Shown: one piece after another, positions 55,546 to 64,000 of the stretch
Position numbering within the stretch: the first letter of the stretch is position 1
How the letters are laid out: each line of letters opens with the position of its first letter
Assembly (NCBI GenBank): GCA_903879715.1
Contig: CAIRMR010000153.1
Location: 3,026 to 67,025, forward strand
Direction: 5' to 3'
DNA: 64,000 bases
Source of the DNA: an uncultured Bacteroidales bacterium
GTDB lineage: Bacteria; Bacteroidota; Bacteroidia; Bacteroidales; UBA4417
Notes under the pieces: model-generated
Database searches by the model: none
Told to the model about the DNA's origin: nothing
What the model saw: the letters and a program-made list of their open reading frames with translations, nothing else
Program-made: the position numbers and the translations under genes

Positions 55546-57375
55546 ATGTTACTACGGAATATTTTCATATTTCTATTGTTCATGGTCTGCGTAAGCGGGG
55601 TTGCGTTAGCGCAGGAGAAACCTGACAGTACTGGTGTTACAGGAGTTTATAAACGAATTGAAGAATATTCGTCCAGGCGGAAATTTACCAGTATAATACA
55701 AAGCCTTTTATTACGACCGGTGATTACTTCAACGACTCCAACCCCTGAAATTTCAATCAATCCGGTTTCTGAAAATTATGCCTGTTATGAAGGTAAGATA
55801 ATCCGGAGTATTAATGTTACCACCCTTGATCCTTTTGGATTTCAGATTGCTGATACCACTGCCAGGCCAAGAAGTTACCTCGAAAATACCGGGAATTTGC
55901 TTCATGTAAAGACCCAGGATTATGTTATCCGGAACCGGATGTTAATTCAAAGGAATGATAGGTTTGATTCCTTATTGGTAAAGGAATCGGAACGTTTAAT
56001 CCGCAGCCAGAGTTATATTTACGATGTTGTTATTACAGCTGTCCCGACAGGCGAAAATTCTGATTCAGTTGATGTTTTTGTTCGCGCCAGCGATTTGTGG
56101 AGTATTGTCCCCGATGGCGCATTCTCAAATGAGGCTATTACATTAAAACTAACCGATAAAAACCTGGGTGGGTTGGGACATACATTTTCAGGTTCGTATA
56201 TGCAGAATTATATGAACGCCAACAATGCTTTTACAGGCTATTATTTTGTGCCAAATATCAGGAACTCATATATAAGCATGCGTTTAGCGTACTCCATTGA
56301 TGAGAATAAAAATTTCATTAAGGGGCTAAATTTCGAAAGATCATTTTTCTCTCCTGTTGCCCGGTGGGCTGGTGGTGTAGCCGTATCACAGCAAAAACTG
56401 ACCGGATGGATTTATAAAAATGACACAATACGCCTTAATCTACAGTCCAAAGCCAACATCCAGGATTATTGGGCTGCCGCGGCCTGGCAGGTTTTCAGAG
56501 GCGGGTCAGTCACCGACAGGTCTACAAAATTGATTTTATCCGGACGGATCTATACTGTCAGGTATCTCGAAAAACCCATTGAGCAACCTGACCTGATGGA
56601 TTATTATACCAGTGAACAGTTTTATTTGTCCGGGCTGGGGATTTCGAGCCGGAAATATGCAGAGCAAAGTTATATTTTTCGTTTCGGAACAACCGAAGAC
56701 GTGCCGATTGGAATCACTTACGGCGTTGTGGTCGGTTACCAGCTGAAAAACAGCGATCGCTGGTATTGGGGATTTAACCATTCGTGGGGTAATTTTTTCA
56801 AATTAGGTTACTTTGGAACTAATATTGAATACGGAACGTTTATAAACGCATCTTACAGGACCGAAGGCGTTTTAAAAGCCAGTATAAATTATTTTTCGGG
56901 CTTATTCTCTATCGGGAGCTGGAAATTCAGGCAGTTTGTAAAACCTGAATTTACACTCGGCTTAAGGCAGCCCTCATACGAAAGATTAACGCTTAACGAT
57001 GGGTATGGTCTTAACGGTTTTAACAGCGCTGTGCTTTCAGGTACCAGTCGTTTGCTTTTTGTAATTCAGACTCAATCCTATGCACCCTGGAATGTACTGG
57101 GTTTCAGGTTTGGGCCTTACCTTAATTTTTCGTTCGGTATGCTGGGCAATGGAACCTCCGGCTTCAGCCATAGCCGTATGTATCCTCAATTGGGAATGGG
57201 GGTTCTTATTCGTAATGATTACCTGGTTGTCAGCAATATTCAACTGTCTTTCGCTTTTTATCCTACCATTCCTGGCAAAGGGAATAATATTATCATAGCA
57301 AATCCTTTCCGAACTACCGATTTTGGATTCCCTGATTTTACTATCGGGAAACCCTCGGTAATTGAATATCGCTAA
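55546..57375 (+). CDS. Outer-membrane beta-barrel protein candidate (Omp85/BamA-superfamily-like; weak assignment)
   Basis: 609 aa with signal peptide ...GVALAQE. It has a POTRA-like N-terminal segment (GKIIRSINVTTLDPFG), and the C-terminal two thirds is rich in alternating aromatic/Gly beta-strand patterns. Confidence 0.5.
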   Translation: MLLRNIFIFLLFMVCVSGVALAQEKPDSTGVTGVYKRIEEYSSRRKFTSIIQSLLLRPVITSTTPTPEISINPVSENYACYEGKIIRSINVTTLDPFGFQIADTTARPRSYLENTGNLLHVKTQDYVIRNRMLIQRNDRFDSLLVKESERLIRSQSYIYDVVITAVPTGENSDSVDVFVRASDLWSIVPDGAFSNEAITLKLTDKNLGGLGHTFSGSYMQNYMNANNAFTGYYFVPNIRNSYISMRLAYSIDENKNFIKGLNFERSFFSPVARWAGGVAVSQQKLTGWIYKNDTIRLNLQSKANIQDYWAAAAWQVFRGGSVTDRSTKLILSGRIYTVRYLEKPIEQPDLMDYYTSEQFYLSGLGISSRKYAEQSYIFRFGTTEDVPIGITYGVVVGYQLKNSDRWYWGFNHSWGNFFKLGYFGTNIEYGTFINASYRTEGVLKASINYFSGLFSIGSWKFRQFVKPEFTLGLRQPSYERLTLNDGYGLNGFNSAVLSGTSRLLFVIQTQSYAPWNVLGFRFGPYLNFSFGMLGNGTSGFSHSRMYPQLGMGVLIRNDYLVVSNIQLSFAFYPTIPGKGNNIIIANPFRTTDFGFPDFTIGKPSVIEYR

Positions 57376-57384
57376 ACTTAGCTT

Positions 57385-58368
57385 ATGGGAGTTACTCGTG
57401 GTGAATTGCAAATTATTGTCATCATTCTCTTTTCTTTCAATAGTTTTCTCCCGCTCAAAGCGCAGACTGACTCTACTGCTCTGAATTTCCCGGATAATAC
57501 CCCGCTTCGAGCCATTTCAACCACTTATAAGACTGTGCATTATAAACCTCACTTCATTGCCGGTTTGCCTGGTAAAATAAAGGAAACTTCAGGTCTTTTG
57601 TTTTTTAATGGCCAGCTCTGGACACACAATGATAGCGGAAACCCACCGGAAATCTACCAGATTGACAGTGTAAACGGGAATATTCTGCGCACGGTCGTCA
57701 TCCGAAATTCAGTGAACAAGGATTGGGAAGGCATGGCACAGGACGATTCAAATATGTACATCGGGGATTTTGGGAATAATTCAGGCGACAGAAAAGACCT
57801 GAAAATTCTGAAGATAGCGAAATCGGATTTATACAACCCAGTGACAGACACTGTGGAAGCCGGTTATATTCATTTTTTTTATCCCGATCAGACTTTTTTC
57901 ACTCCGGCGTTTAACAATAACGATTTTGATTGTGAAGCTTTCTTCTTCTACAATGATTCGCTGCATCTTTTCAGCAAGGATTGGGCTGACTTACAGACGC
58001 GGCACTATGTAGTTCCGGCAGAACCTGGCTGGTACAAAGCAAGGTTCGTTGAACAATTTCAGGTTGACGGACTTATAACCGATGCCACTGTGAATCAGAA
58101 TGGGAACATTATACTATTGGGGTATAAAAACACATCAGGAAGATCTTATATTTGTTTTGCCTGGTTATTATCAGGGTATAACGGCTCAGAGTTTTTTAGC
58201 GGAAGCAAGCGGAGAATTGAATTGGGTTTAGCTTTACACCTGGGCCAGTCCGAAGGAATTGTATTGAAAAATGATAACACAGGGTGGATTTCATCCGAAA
58301 GCATTCAGTCGGGGTGGCTCAATGAGACTGCTAAGTTGTTCAGGTTTGATTTTGGAAAATATTATTAA
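57385..58368 (+). CDS. Secreted hypothetical protein (possible beta-propeller, SdiA-regulated/YjiK-like)
   Basis: 327 aa with a signal peptide. Contains ETSGLLFFNGQLWTHNDSGNPPEIYQID and ...EGMAQDDSNMYIGDFGNN. Only a 9-nt gap separates it from the upstream barrel gene. Confidence 0.55.
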   Translation: MGVTRGELQIIVIILFSFNSFLPLKAQTDSTALNFPDNTPLRAISTTYKTVHYKPHFIAGLPGKIKETSGLLFFNGQLWTHNDSGNPPEIYQIDSVNGNILRTVVIRNSVNKDWEGMAQDDSNMYIGDFGNNSGDRKDLKILKIAKSDLYNPVTDTVEAGYIHFFYPDQTFFTPAFNNNDFDCEAFFFYNDSLHLFSKDWADLQTRHYVVPAEPGWYKARFVEQFQVDGLITDATVNQNGNIILLGYKNTSGRSYICFAWLLSGYNGSEFFSGSKRRIELGLALHLGQSEGIVLKNDNTGWISSESIQSGWLNETAKLFRFDFGKYY

Positions 58369-58635
58369 CAGGGTAGTACTTTCAGTTAACAGGTAGCATT
58401 GTTTTGCCGGCTTTAACTGATATTTTCGGGCGAAAGATATTTCTTATTCTTGAAATTATTTTGGATAAATGGCTGATTATATCAGATAAGCCAATTATTG
58501 AATGCAGGAAATATAGGCAGACTTTGATTGATCAATTGAGCGGGGAATCGGAAAAGCTGTAAATTTGTATTTAAATAGAGTAGTCTGTTTGGGATGCAGA
58601 AAGGGCCTGGGTATTCATCATTAAGAGATTAAATT

Positions 58636-59196
58636 TTGATTGAAAACAAATTATTTGAGAAGCTTGATTTTACATCTTCCCCGTTTCCACGTGGCGAATA
58701 CGAAAACTGCACGTTTAAAAACTGCAATTTTTATAGTTGCGATTTATCCAATTTCATTTTCAGGGAGTGCAGTTTCGACGGATGCGACCTTAGCATGGTT
58801 GCGTTTAGAAACACCACATTAAACGATATCCGGTTTGTAAACTGCAAAGTAATGGGTATTCAGTTCCAGGAGTGCAACAGCTTCCTGCTGTCGTTCAGGT
58901 TCGAAAACTGTATTCTGAAACTTTCGGTATTTTACAAACTGAAACTCAAAAAGACAGGTTTTATAAACTGCAACCTGCAGGAAGCTGATTTCACGGAAGC
59001 TGAGCTGACGAGTGCGATATTCGAAAACTGTGATCTTCATCGCAGTATATTTTTCGGTACAAACCTCGAAAAGGCTGATTTCCGTTCATCCTATAATTAT
59101 TCCCTCGATCCTGAGCGAAACCGCATTAAAAAAGCGCGTTTCTCACGGCTGGGAATTGCAGGGTTACTGGATAAATACAATATTGAAATTGAATAG
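58636..59196 (+). CDS. Pentapeptide-repeat protein (Qnr/McbG-like fold)
   Basis: 186 aa with consecutive A(D/N)LXX-type pentapeptides (CTFKNCNFYSCDLSNFIFRECSFDGCDLSMVAF...). The tracked start is a TTG, so the true start is uncertain. Confidence 0.8.
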   Translation: MIENKLFEKLDFTSSPFPRGEYENCTFKNCNFYSCDLSNFIFRECSFDGCDLSMVAFRNTTLNDIRFVNCKVMGIQFQECNSFLLSFRFENCILKLSVFYKLKLKKTGFINCNLQEADFTEAELTSAIFENCDLHRSIFFGTNLEKADFRSSYNYSLDPERNRIKKARFSRLGIAGLLDKYNIEIE

Positions 59197-59221
59197 GGCT
59201 CTTAATCTGAATCAGATATAA

Positions 59222-59352
59222 ACATTGCGTTCTTTGCATTTTCTTTGCGTCTTCGCGGTAAGAAAAGCAAAACGCTTTTTATTTTCTTTGCGTCTTCGCG
59301 GTAAAAAAGTTAAACGCAAGGACGCAAAGTTTTTCGCAAAGGACGCAAAGAT
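59222..59352. repeat. CTTTGCGTC repeat cluster (2 direct + 2 inverted copies) between convergent genes
   Basis: attttctttgcgtcttcgcggtaa occurs at 59238 and 59281. The inverted copies are aaacgcaaggacgcaaag and cgcaaaggacgcaaag at 59312-59350. Confidence 0.85.
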
Positions 59353-59368
59353 GTAATTTCGGAAAAGT

Positions 59369-60871
59369 TTAAAACAGTGCGATTTTTTGGTTCAAATACG
59401 CATTTTTAGTTCTAACCAACAGAGTATAAATCCCTTTGCTTATACCTGGTACATTCCCCAAATCAATGCCGATTTCTTTCCCGATTAATTTTACGGCTTT
59501 TTGGGTATAGATAATTTTCCCGGTTAAATCTGTAATTTGAATCGTCATGTCATCGGAAACAGAATTTTCGAATACGATTTTAAACTTATTACCCAATATG
59601 GGATTAGGATAAACATTTGCTTTTAATTTTTGCAATTGATTATCGGCTATACCGGCAGCACCTTTTTCAAATTTCAGCCAGTTTAAATTAAATCCGGCAT
59701 TCGCTACAGCAAGTTTTAAAATATGTTCGCCTGCTTCAAGGTTGATGGATGTAACAACCGATGCCCATGTTTGCCAGCCACCGGTATTTGTTGTATTGAC
59801 GGTTGCTTTTTTGACATCATCAACGTAAACATCAAATCTCCCGGCTGCGGTTCCGGCATACCTTGTTATTATCTGGTGTTCTCCGGTTTCGGAAACAGAG
59901 ATTTTATATTTCAGCCAGTCACCCGCATCGGTATAACCGACATCCATAAGTCCATCAGTATCGCTTGTGAGCTCGGCAAACACCCCTTTCTGACGGTAAT
60001 ACTCTTCCGATTCAATCTTTCCGGGCACCGCGTTAACGAATGTTGAATCATAAACCGGGATATCCAGGTAAAGCTGGCCTAAATCTGTCATCTGTCCGCT
60101 TCCACTATACAAATCAATGTATGGATAGGTTGTGGCACCTGAACCTCTTCCGATAAACCACGAATACCTGAAAACATCAGGATCGCGCTCTAAAAAGTTG
60201 GTAGTTCCGGCTAAATAACTTTTCTGGCTTTGTGCGGTAACCCCTGTTTCCCAGTTGGCATATTCGGTTACCCAGATTGGTTTGCCGTATTTGCGGGCAT
60301 CTTCTATATAACTGCTCATGGAGTTGCCGCCTCCATACCAGTGAAGAGCAATATAATCCACACGACAGCCAACGCAGGCGGTAAAAAAATCATCTAACCA
60401 TTTAAAGGGATTTGTATAAACTATCCCGTTTTCCGAAACGCAATCACCGCAATAATTTACTGCCGGGCTCACTAATTTCAAGTTGTATTGATCGGCAATT
60501 GCCTGCAATTGAGGCCATGCAGCTGCGGCTTGTGTAGGAGTCATGCCAGCCTGCGCTTTAAAATTTGGTTCGTTGAAACCTAATATGTACTTCACCTTAT
60601 CATCCTGCGCAACCCATAATTTCACTCCGTTAATACCCGAACCATTCCATGCCTGTGGCGCAAAATCAACATTATACCCGGAATAGGTGGTTACAATGGC
60701 ATATTCAGGTTCCGGTGACCAGTTATACCACCATGATATGCCTTTGGAGGCAGTTTGCATATCTGAGGCAGAATGGTTTCCATAACCAACTCCCCGTTTA
60801 TAGCTTTTAACCTGGCCAAATGAAAAAGAGGCTGTCAACAAAAAAAGAAACAATGGAACAGCAGTTTTCAT
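59369..60871 (-). CDS. Secreted glycoside hydrolase (GH128-like 'glycosyl hydrolase catalytic core') + CBM6-like module + T9SS CTD
   Basis: 500 aa with a signal peptide. The catalytic part has KRGVGY...ISWWYNW...LGFNEPN...WVTEYANW. The CBM6-like part has ESEEYY...GYTDAGDWLKYKI...GGWQTW...NLNWLKF. The T9SS tail is VYPNPILGNKFKIVFE...GIYTLLVRT...KIALF. Confidence 0.8.
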   Translation of the reverse strand: MKTAVPLFLFLLTASFSFGQVKSYKRGVGYGNHSASDMQTASKGISWWYNWSPEPEYAIVTTYSGYNVDFAPQAWNGSGINGVKLWVAQDDKVKYILGFNEPNFKAQAGMTPTQAAAAWPQLQAIADQYNLKLVSPAVNYCGDCVSENGIVYTNPFKWLDDFFTACVGCRVDYIALHWYGGGNSMSSYIEDARKYGKPIWVTEYANWETGVTAQSQKSYLAGTTNFLERDPDVFRYSWFIGRGSGATTYPYIDLYSGSGQMTDLGQLYLDIPVYDSTFVNAVPGKIESEEYYRQKGVFAELTSDTDGLMDVGYTDAGDWLKYKISVSETGEHQIITRYAGTAAGRFDVYVDDVKKATVNTTNTGGWQTWASVVTSINLEAGEHILKLAVANAGFNLNWLKFEKGAAGIADNQLQKLKANVYPNPILGNKFKIVFENSVSDDMTIQITDLTGKIIYTQKAVKLIGKEIGIDLGNVPGISKGIYTLLVRTKNAYLNQKIALF

Positions 60872-61022
60872 TTAGCGTAGTTTATCCTTAGCGGTTTTTT
60901 ACAAAAGTAAGTCTTGATGTAATTGCTTTGGAGCGATTATAAAATTAATATCTTTTCAAAATAAGAAATCAGGGCCTAAACGATTAATTGATACTTTTAC
61001 TTTATTAAAAAAGACAAATAAA

Positions 61023-62444
61023 ATGAAAAGATTTTCCATTCTGTTTCTGGCACTGGGATTAAGTTTGCTATCGTTTGCCCGGCAAAATAAAAATGTTAAT
61101 TACCACCAGTATTTCACCGCCGAAACCATGCGGGTTGATTATTTCCACACAGGAACCGTTGCCGAGGAACATTTTTCCCTCGACCGTATACTGAACGACG
61201 GAGCCTGGGGCGGAAGTGAAACTGTGTTGCTGGATGAACTCAACCGCGGGGCTTATTTTTTTAAGATAACCGACACTTTGACGAATACCTTGCTTTACAG
61301 CCGTGGCTTTGGCAGTGTTTTCGGCGAATGGCAGAGTATAGGCGATCCGGCCTGGGGAACCTTTCACGAGTCAGTACGTTTTCCATGGCCTAAATTGCCT
61401 GTTAAACTCACCATCGAAAAACGGGATCCGAAAAGCAATTTTGTTGCCATCTGGAGTATTGTAGTCGATCCCAAATCAAGGATCGTAAATCCTTCTGTTC
61501 TGAAAAGCGCGTATAAAAACTATTCATATATTGATAACGGAAAGGCTGCCAATCATGTTGATATTGTAATACTCGGCGATGGCTATACTTCTGCTGAAAT
61601 GGATAAGTTTCACAAAGATGTGGCTTCGCTTGCCGATGAACTATTTACTGTTGAGCCCTTTAAATCACGTAAAGCTGATTTTAATGTGAGGGTCGTTGAA
61701 ACTCCTTCGGCAACCAGCGGTGTTAACAAACCACATCCCGGGGTTTTCAACCGTACGCCGCTTTCCATGTCGTACGGCGCTTTCGACTCCGAAAGGTACG
61801 CGCTTTCGTACGATAACCGCACCCTGCGCGATGTAGCTTCCAGTGTTCCTTACGATTATATGTTTATACTGATTAACGAACGCACTTACGGTGGCGGAGG
61901 TATTTTTAATTTGTATTCAACCGTGGCTGCCGATAATAAATTCTCACGTTATATTTTCGTTCATGAATTTGGACATTCTTTTGCCGCTTTGGCGGATGAA
62001 TATTACACTTCTGATGTTTCGTATCAAACACCGGCAATTACTGTTGAACCCTGGGAACCCAATGTTACCGCACTTCTGGATACGGCCAACCTGAAATGGA
62101 AAGAGCTTGTTAAACCCGGCACACCAATTCCAACTCCATGGGACAAAACCGAATTCGATAATTTTAGTTATGATATTCAGAAGGAGCGAAGGGCTTTGCG
62201 GGCAGCCAACGTTCCTGAAACCCAGATGGAAGCTTTATTTGAACGCGAAAAAAAGACCTCACTCGAAATGTTTGGAAAAAACAAGTTCAAAGATGCAACC
62301 GGCGCGTTCGAAGGAGGTAATTATATGCAATTCGGGATTTACCGTTCAGCGCTCGACTGTATCATGTTCACCAGGAACAAACAGGCCTTTTGCCCGGCTT
62401 GTACAAAGGCTGTTTCGGAGGTGATTGATATGTATTCGCGCTAA
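61023..62444 (+). CDS. M64 family (IgA-peptidase-like) zinc metallopeptidase
   Basis: 473 aa with a signal peptide and FVHEFGHSFAALADEY (HExxH...E). Confidence 0.85.
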   Translation: MKRFSILFLALGLSLLSFARQNKNVNYHQYFTAETMRVDYFHTGTVAEEHFSLDRILNDGAWGGSETVLLDELNRGAYFFKITDTLTNTLLYSRGFGSVFGEWQSIGDPAWGTFHESVRFPWPKLPVKLTIEKRDPKSNFVAIWSIVVDPKSRIVNPSVLKSAYKNYSYIDNGKAANHVDIVILGDGYTSAEMDKFHKDVASLADELFTVEPFKSRKADFNVRVVETPSATSGVNKPHPGVFNRTPLSMSYGAFDSERYALSYDNRTLRDVASSVPYDYMFILINERTYGGGGIFNLYSTVAADNKFSRYIFVHEFGHSFAALADEYYTSDVSYQTPAITVEPWEPNVTALLDTANLKWKELVKPGTPIPTPWDKTEFDNFSYDIQKERRALRAANVPETQMEALFEREKKTSLEMFGKNKFKDATGAFEGGNYMQFGIYRSALDCIMFTRNKQAFCPACTKAVSEVIDMYSR

Positions 62445-62577
62445 GCTATTTAAATAAAAAGTACATGGCTGGGTTATTTAGTATAGCGATGGCCTTAGAA
62501 CCGGATAATTATATGAAAAAAACGGATTCCGGCAAAATTCCGGACCCGGCATATTGTCATCCTTCATCAATCTGTTT

Positions 62578-63747
62578 ATGGTTAAACTAACTAAGCTGTT
62601 CCACGAATTTTTCGAAAGTGAAAAGGCCGGCGGCCTGATACTGGTGTTTGTTACGGTTATTTCTCTTATTCTTGCTAATTCTGAGTTTCAGAAAGGATAT
62701 ATCCATTTCTGGCATTATGATATTGCCGGTCACAGCCTGGTACATTGGATCAATGATGGCCTGATGATGATTTTTTTCCTGCTGATAGGGTTGGAGCTCG
62801 AACGGGAAATATATGCTGGCGAACTGACAAGTGCCAGGCAGGCAGCTCTTCCCATTTTCGGTGCTTTAGGAGGAATGCTTGTACCAGCCGGAATTTTCTT
62901 AGTCCTCAATTTTGGTAAAGCAACACAATCCGGCACGGGAATACCAATGGCAACGGATATCGCCTTTGCGATTGGAATTCTTTCATTATTAGGGAATAAG
63001 GTTCCTGTTTCACTCAAAATATTCCTTACAGCTTTAGCCGTTATCGACGACCTGGGCGCAATAATTGTTATCGCAATTTTTTATACTTCATCATTATCAG
63101 TCTTAAACCTGGGAATAGCTATAGGAATACTGGGCGTTCTCGGTATTTTGAACCGACTGAAAATTCATAACCTTATCCCTTACCTGATCGGAGGCGCATT
63201 TGCATGGTATTTTATGCTGCAATCCGGGGTTCATGCTACAATAACAGGCGTTTTGCTGGCATTTGTTATCCCGTTTGGTGATGGTGGCGAAAAATCGCCT
63301 TCGTATATTCTCCAACACTTTTTACACAAGCCGGTTGCCTTTATCATACTTCCATTATTCGCGCTGGCTAATACCTGCATTGCTATAGGTGGTGACTGGA
63401 TCAGCAACCTTGGTACTTCCGACAGTCTTGGGATAATTGCGGGGCTGGTAATAGGAAAACCATTGGGGATACTGTTGTTTTCATTTGTCGCCGTGTTGCT
63501 TGGAATCGCTGTTTTGCCCGACGACCTGAAGTGGAAAAATATTCTTGGGGCAGGAATGCTGGGAGGGATAGGATTTACAATGTCTATTTTTATTACTCTG
63601 CTGGCATTCGACAATGAATCAATTATTGACAACGCGAAAATGGCTATCCTGGTTGCGTCTGCAATTGCCGGGATAATTGGTTTTATAACCTTAAAACTGA
63701 CGTTAAATAAAACAGTCTCCGGAAGTGAAAGTGAAAACCAGGAGTGA
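62578..63747 (+). CDS. nhaA: Na+/H+ antiporter NhaA
   Basis: ORF 62554..63747; the likely ATG is at 62578 (MVKLTKLFHEFFESEKAGG...). Contains the conserved LAVIDDLGAIIVIAIFYT block. Confidence 0.9.
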   Translation: MVKLTKLFHEFFESEKAGGLILVFVTVISLILANSEFQKGYIHFWHYDIAGHSLVHWINDGLMMIFFLLIGLELEREIYAGELTSARQAALPIFGALGGMLVPAGIFLVLNFGKATQSGTGIPMATDIAFAIGILSLLGNKVPVSLKIFLTALAVIDDLGAIIVIAIFYTSSLSVLNLGIAIGILGVLGILNRLKIHNLIPYLIGGAFAWYFMLQSGVHATITGVLLAFVIPFGDGGEKSPSYILQHFLHKPVAFIILPLFALANTCIAIGGDWISNLGTSDSLGIIAGLVIGKPLGILLFSFVAVLLGIAVLPDDLKWKNILGAGMLGGIGFTMSIFITLLAFDNESIIDNAKMAILVASAIAGIIGFITLKLTLNKTVSGSESENQE

Positions 63748-63839
63748 CTTCAGGCATTTGGCGCTTCACTATTTTGTAATTTTGCGTGCTGAAACATACA
63801 AGCCTCCTATTTATTCCAGAGATAAAAATCTAATTTCCC

Positions 63840-64000
63840 ATGCACGAACCAATTACGCTTACCACTCCCGCACTATTATTTTCGGCTATTTCGCTGATAC
63901 TGCTTGCTTATACCAACCGCTTTTTAGCTTATGCCGCCCTGATCCGAACCTTGCACGAAAAATTTAAAGCCGATCCGAACGAACTTTTGAAAAGCCAGAT
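63840..64000 (+). CDS. DUF2721-like membrane protein, N-terminal part only (runs off the window end)
   Basis: My translation from the ATG at 63840 is MHEPITLTTPALLFSAISLILLAYTNRFLAYAALIRTLHEKFKADPNELLKSQ. The frame is open to the window end and is not in the ORF track. Confidence 0.5.
   Translation, partial: MHEPITLTTPALLFSAISLILLAYTNRFLAYAALIRTLHEKFKADPNELLKSQ

Noticed and set aside
55147-55625. ORFs 55147..55446 (99 aa) and 55443..55625 (60 aa) upstream of the barrel-protein gene.
   Set aside because: They lie in an AT-rich, low-complexity region with homopolymer runs and have no family resemblance. The second overlaps the better-supported start of 55546..57375. This is probably a promoter or leader region.

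Overview
This window is a chromosomal segment from a Bacteroidota-type genome. The evidence is a SusC/SusD pair, four proteins with T9SS C-terminal sorting domains, an S46 dipeptidyl-peptidase, and almost no Shine-Dalgarno sequences. Gene content from left to right:

- **1-11.4 kb:** a minus-strand polysaccharide utilization locus. It holds a partial GH97, a GH99-like lipoprotein, SusD, SusC, two recently duplicated surface-protein paralogs, a small lipoprotein and a TPR/HTH regulator.
- **11.5-27.8 kb:** housekeeping and envelope genes. These are DoxX, a radical SAM/SPASM protein, an AI-2E transporter, a TolB-like propeller, an MBOAT gene with two SGNH genes, rodA-mrdA, an esterase and tryptophanase.
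- **28.2-35.2 kb:** a 1425-aa T9SS surface protein with four tandem PPC-like repeats, followed by a TPR histidine kinase and a LuxR-type regulator.
- **35.4-46.6 kb:** an SPFH protein, pgk, cvpA, mlaFE-like genes, a SprT-like protein, manC, the S46 peptidase and a repeat lipoprotein.
- **47.2-54.3 kb:** the most unusual locus. One uninterrupted 1529-codon ORF fuses a complete Cu(I) P1B-type ATPase to an ETR1-like ethylene-binding (Cu-cofactor) membrane domain, two PAS domains and a histidine kinase. A stand-alone receiver and a REC-PAS-HK-REC hybrid kinase follow it.
- **54.5-55.05 kb:** immediately downstream, a decayed RAYT/IS200-like Y1 transposase gene with three in-frame stops, bracketed by about 80-bp inverted repeats made of GTA-loop hairpins.
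- **55.5-64 kb:** an outer-membrane barrel candidate, a secreted protein, a pentapeptide-repeat protein, a GH128-like/CBM6/T9SS enzyme, an M64 peptidase, nhaA and a partial DUF2721-like gene.

Intergenic regions are colonised by several families of short-period, hairpin-forming repeats: a CGTA heptad family at four loci, a CCAAAAT-type family at three loci, a GGTTGA hexamer palindrome and a CTTTGCGTC cluster. No rRNA, tRNA or CRISPR array was found. All functional calls rest on motif and family recognition by eye; no database search was run.
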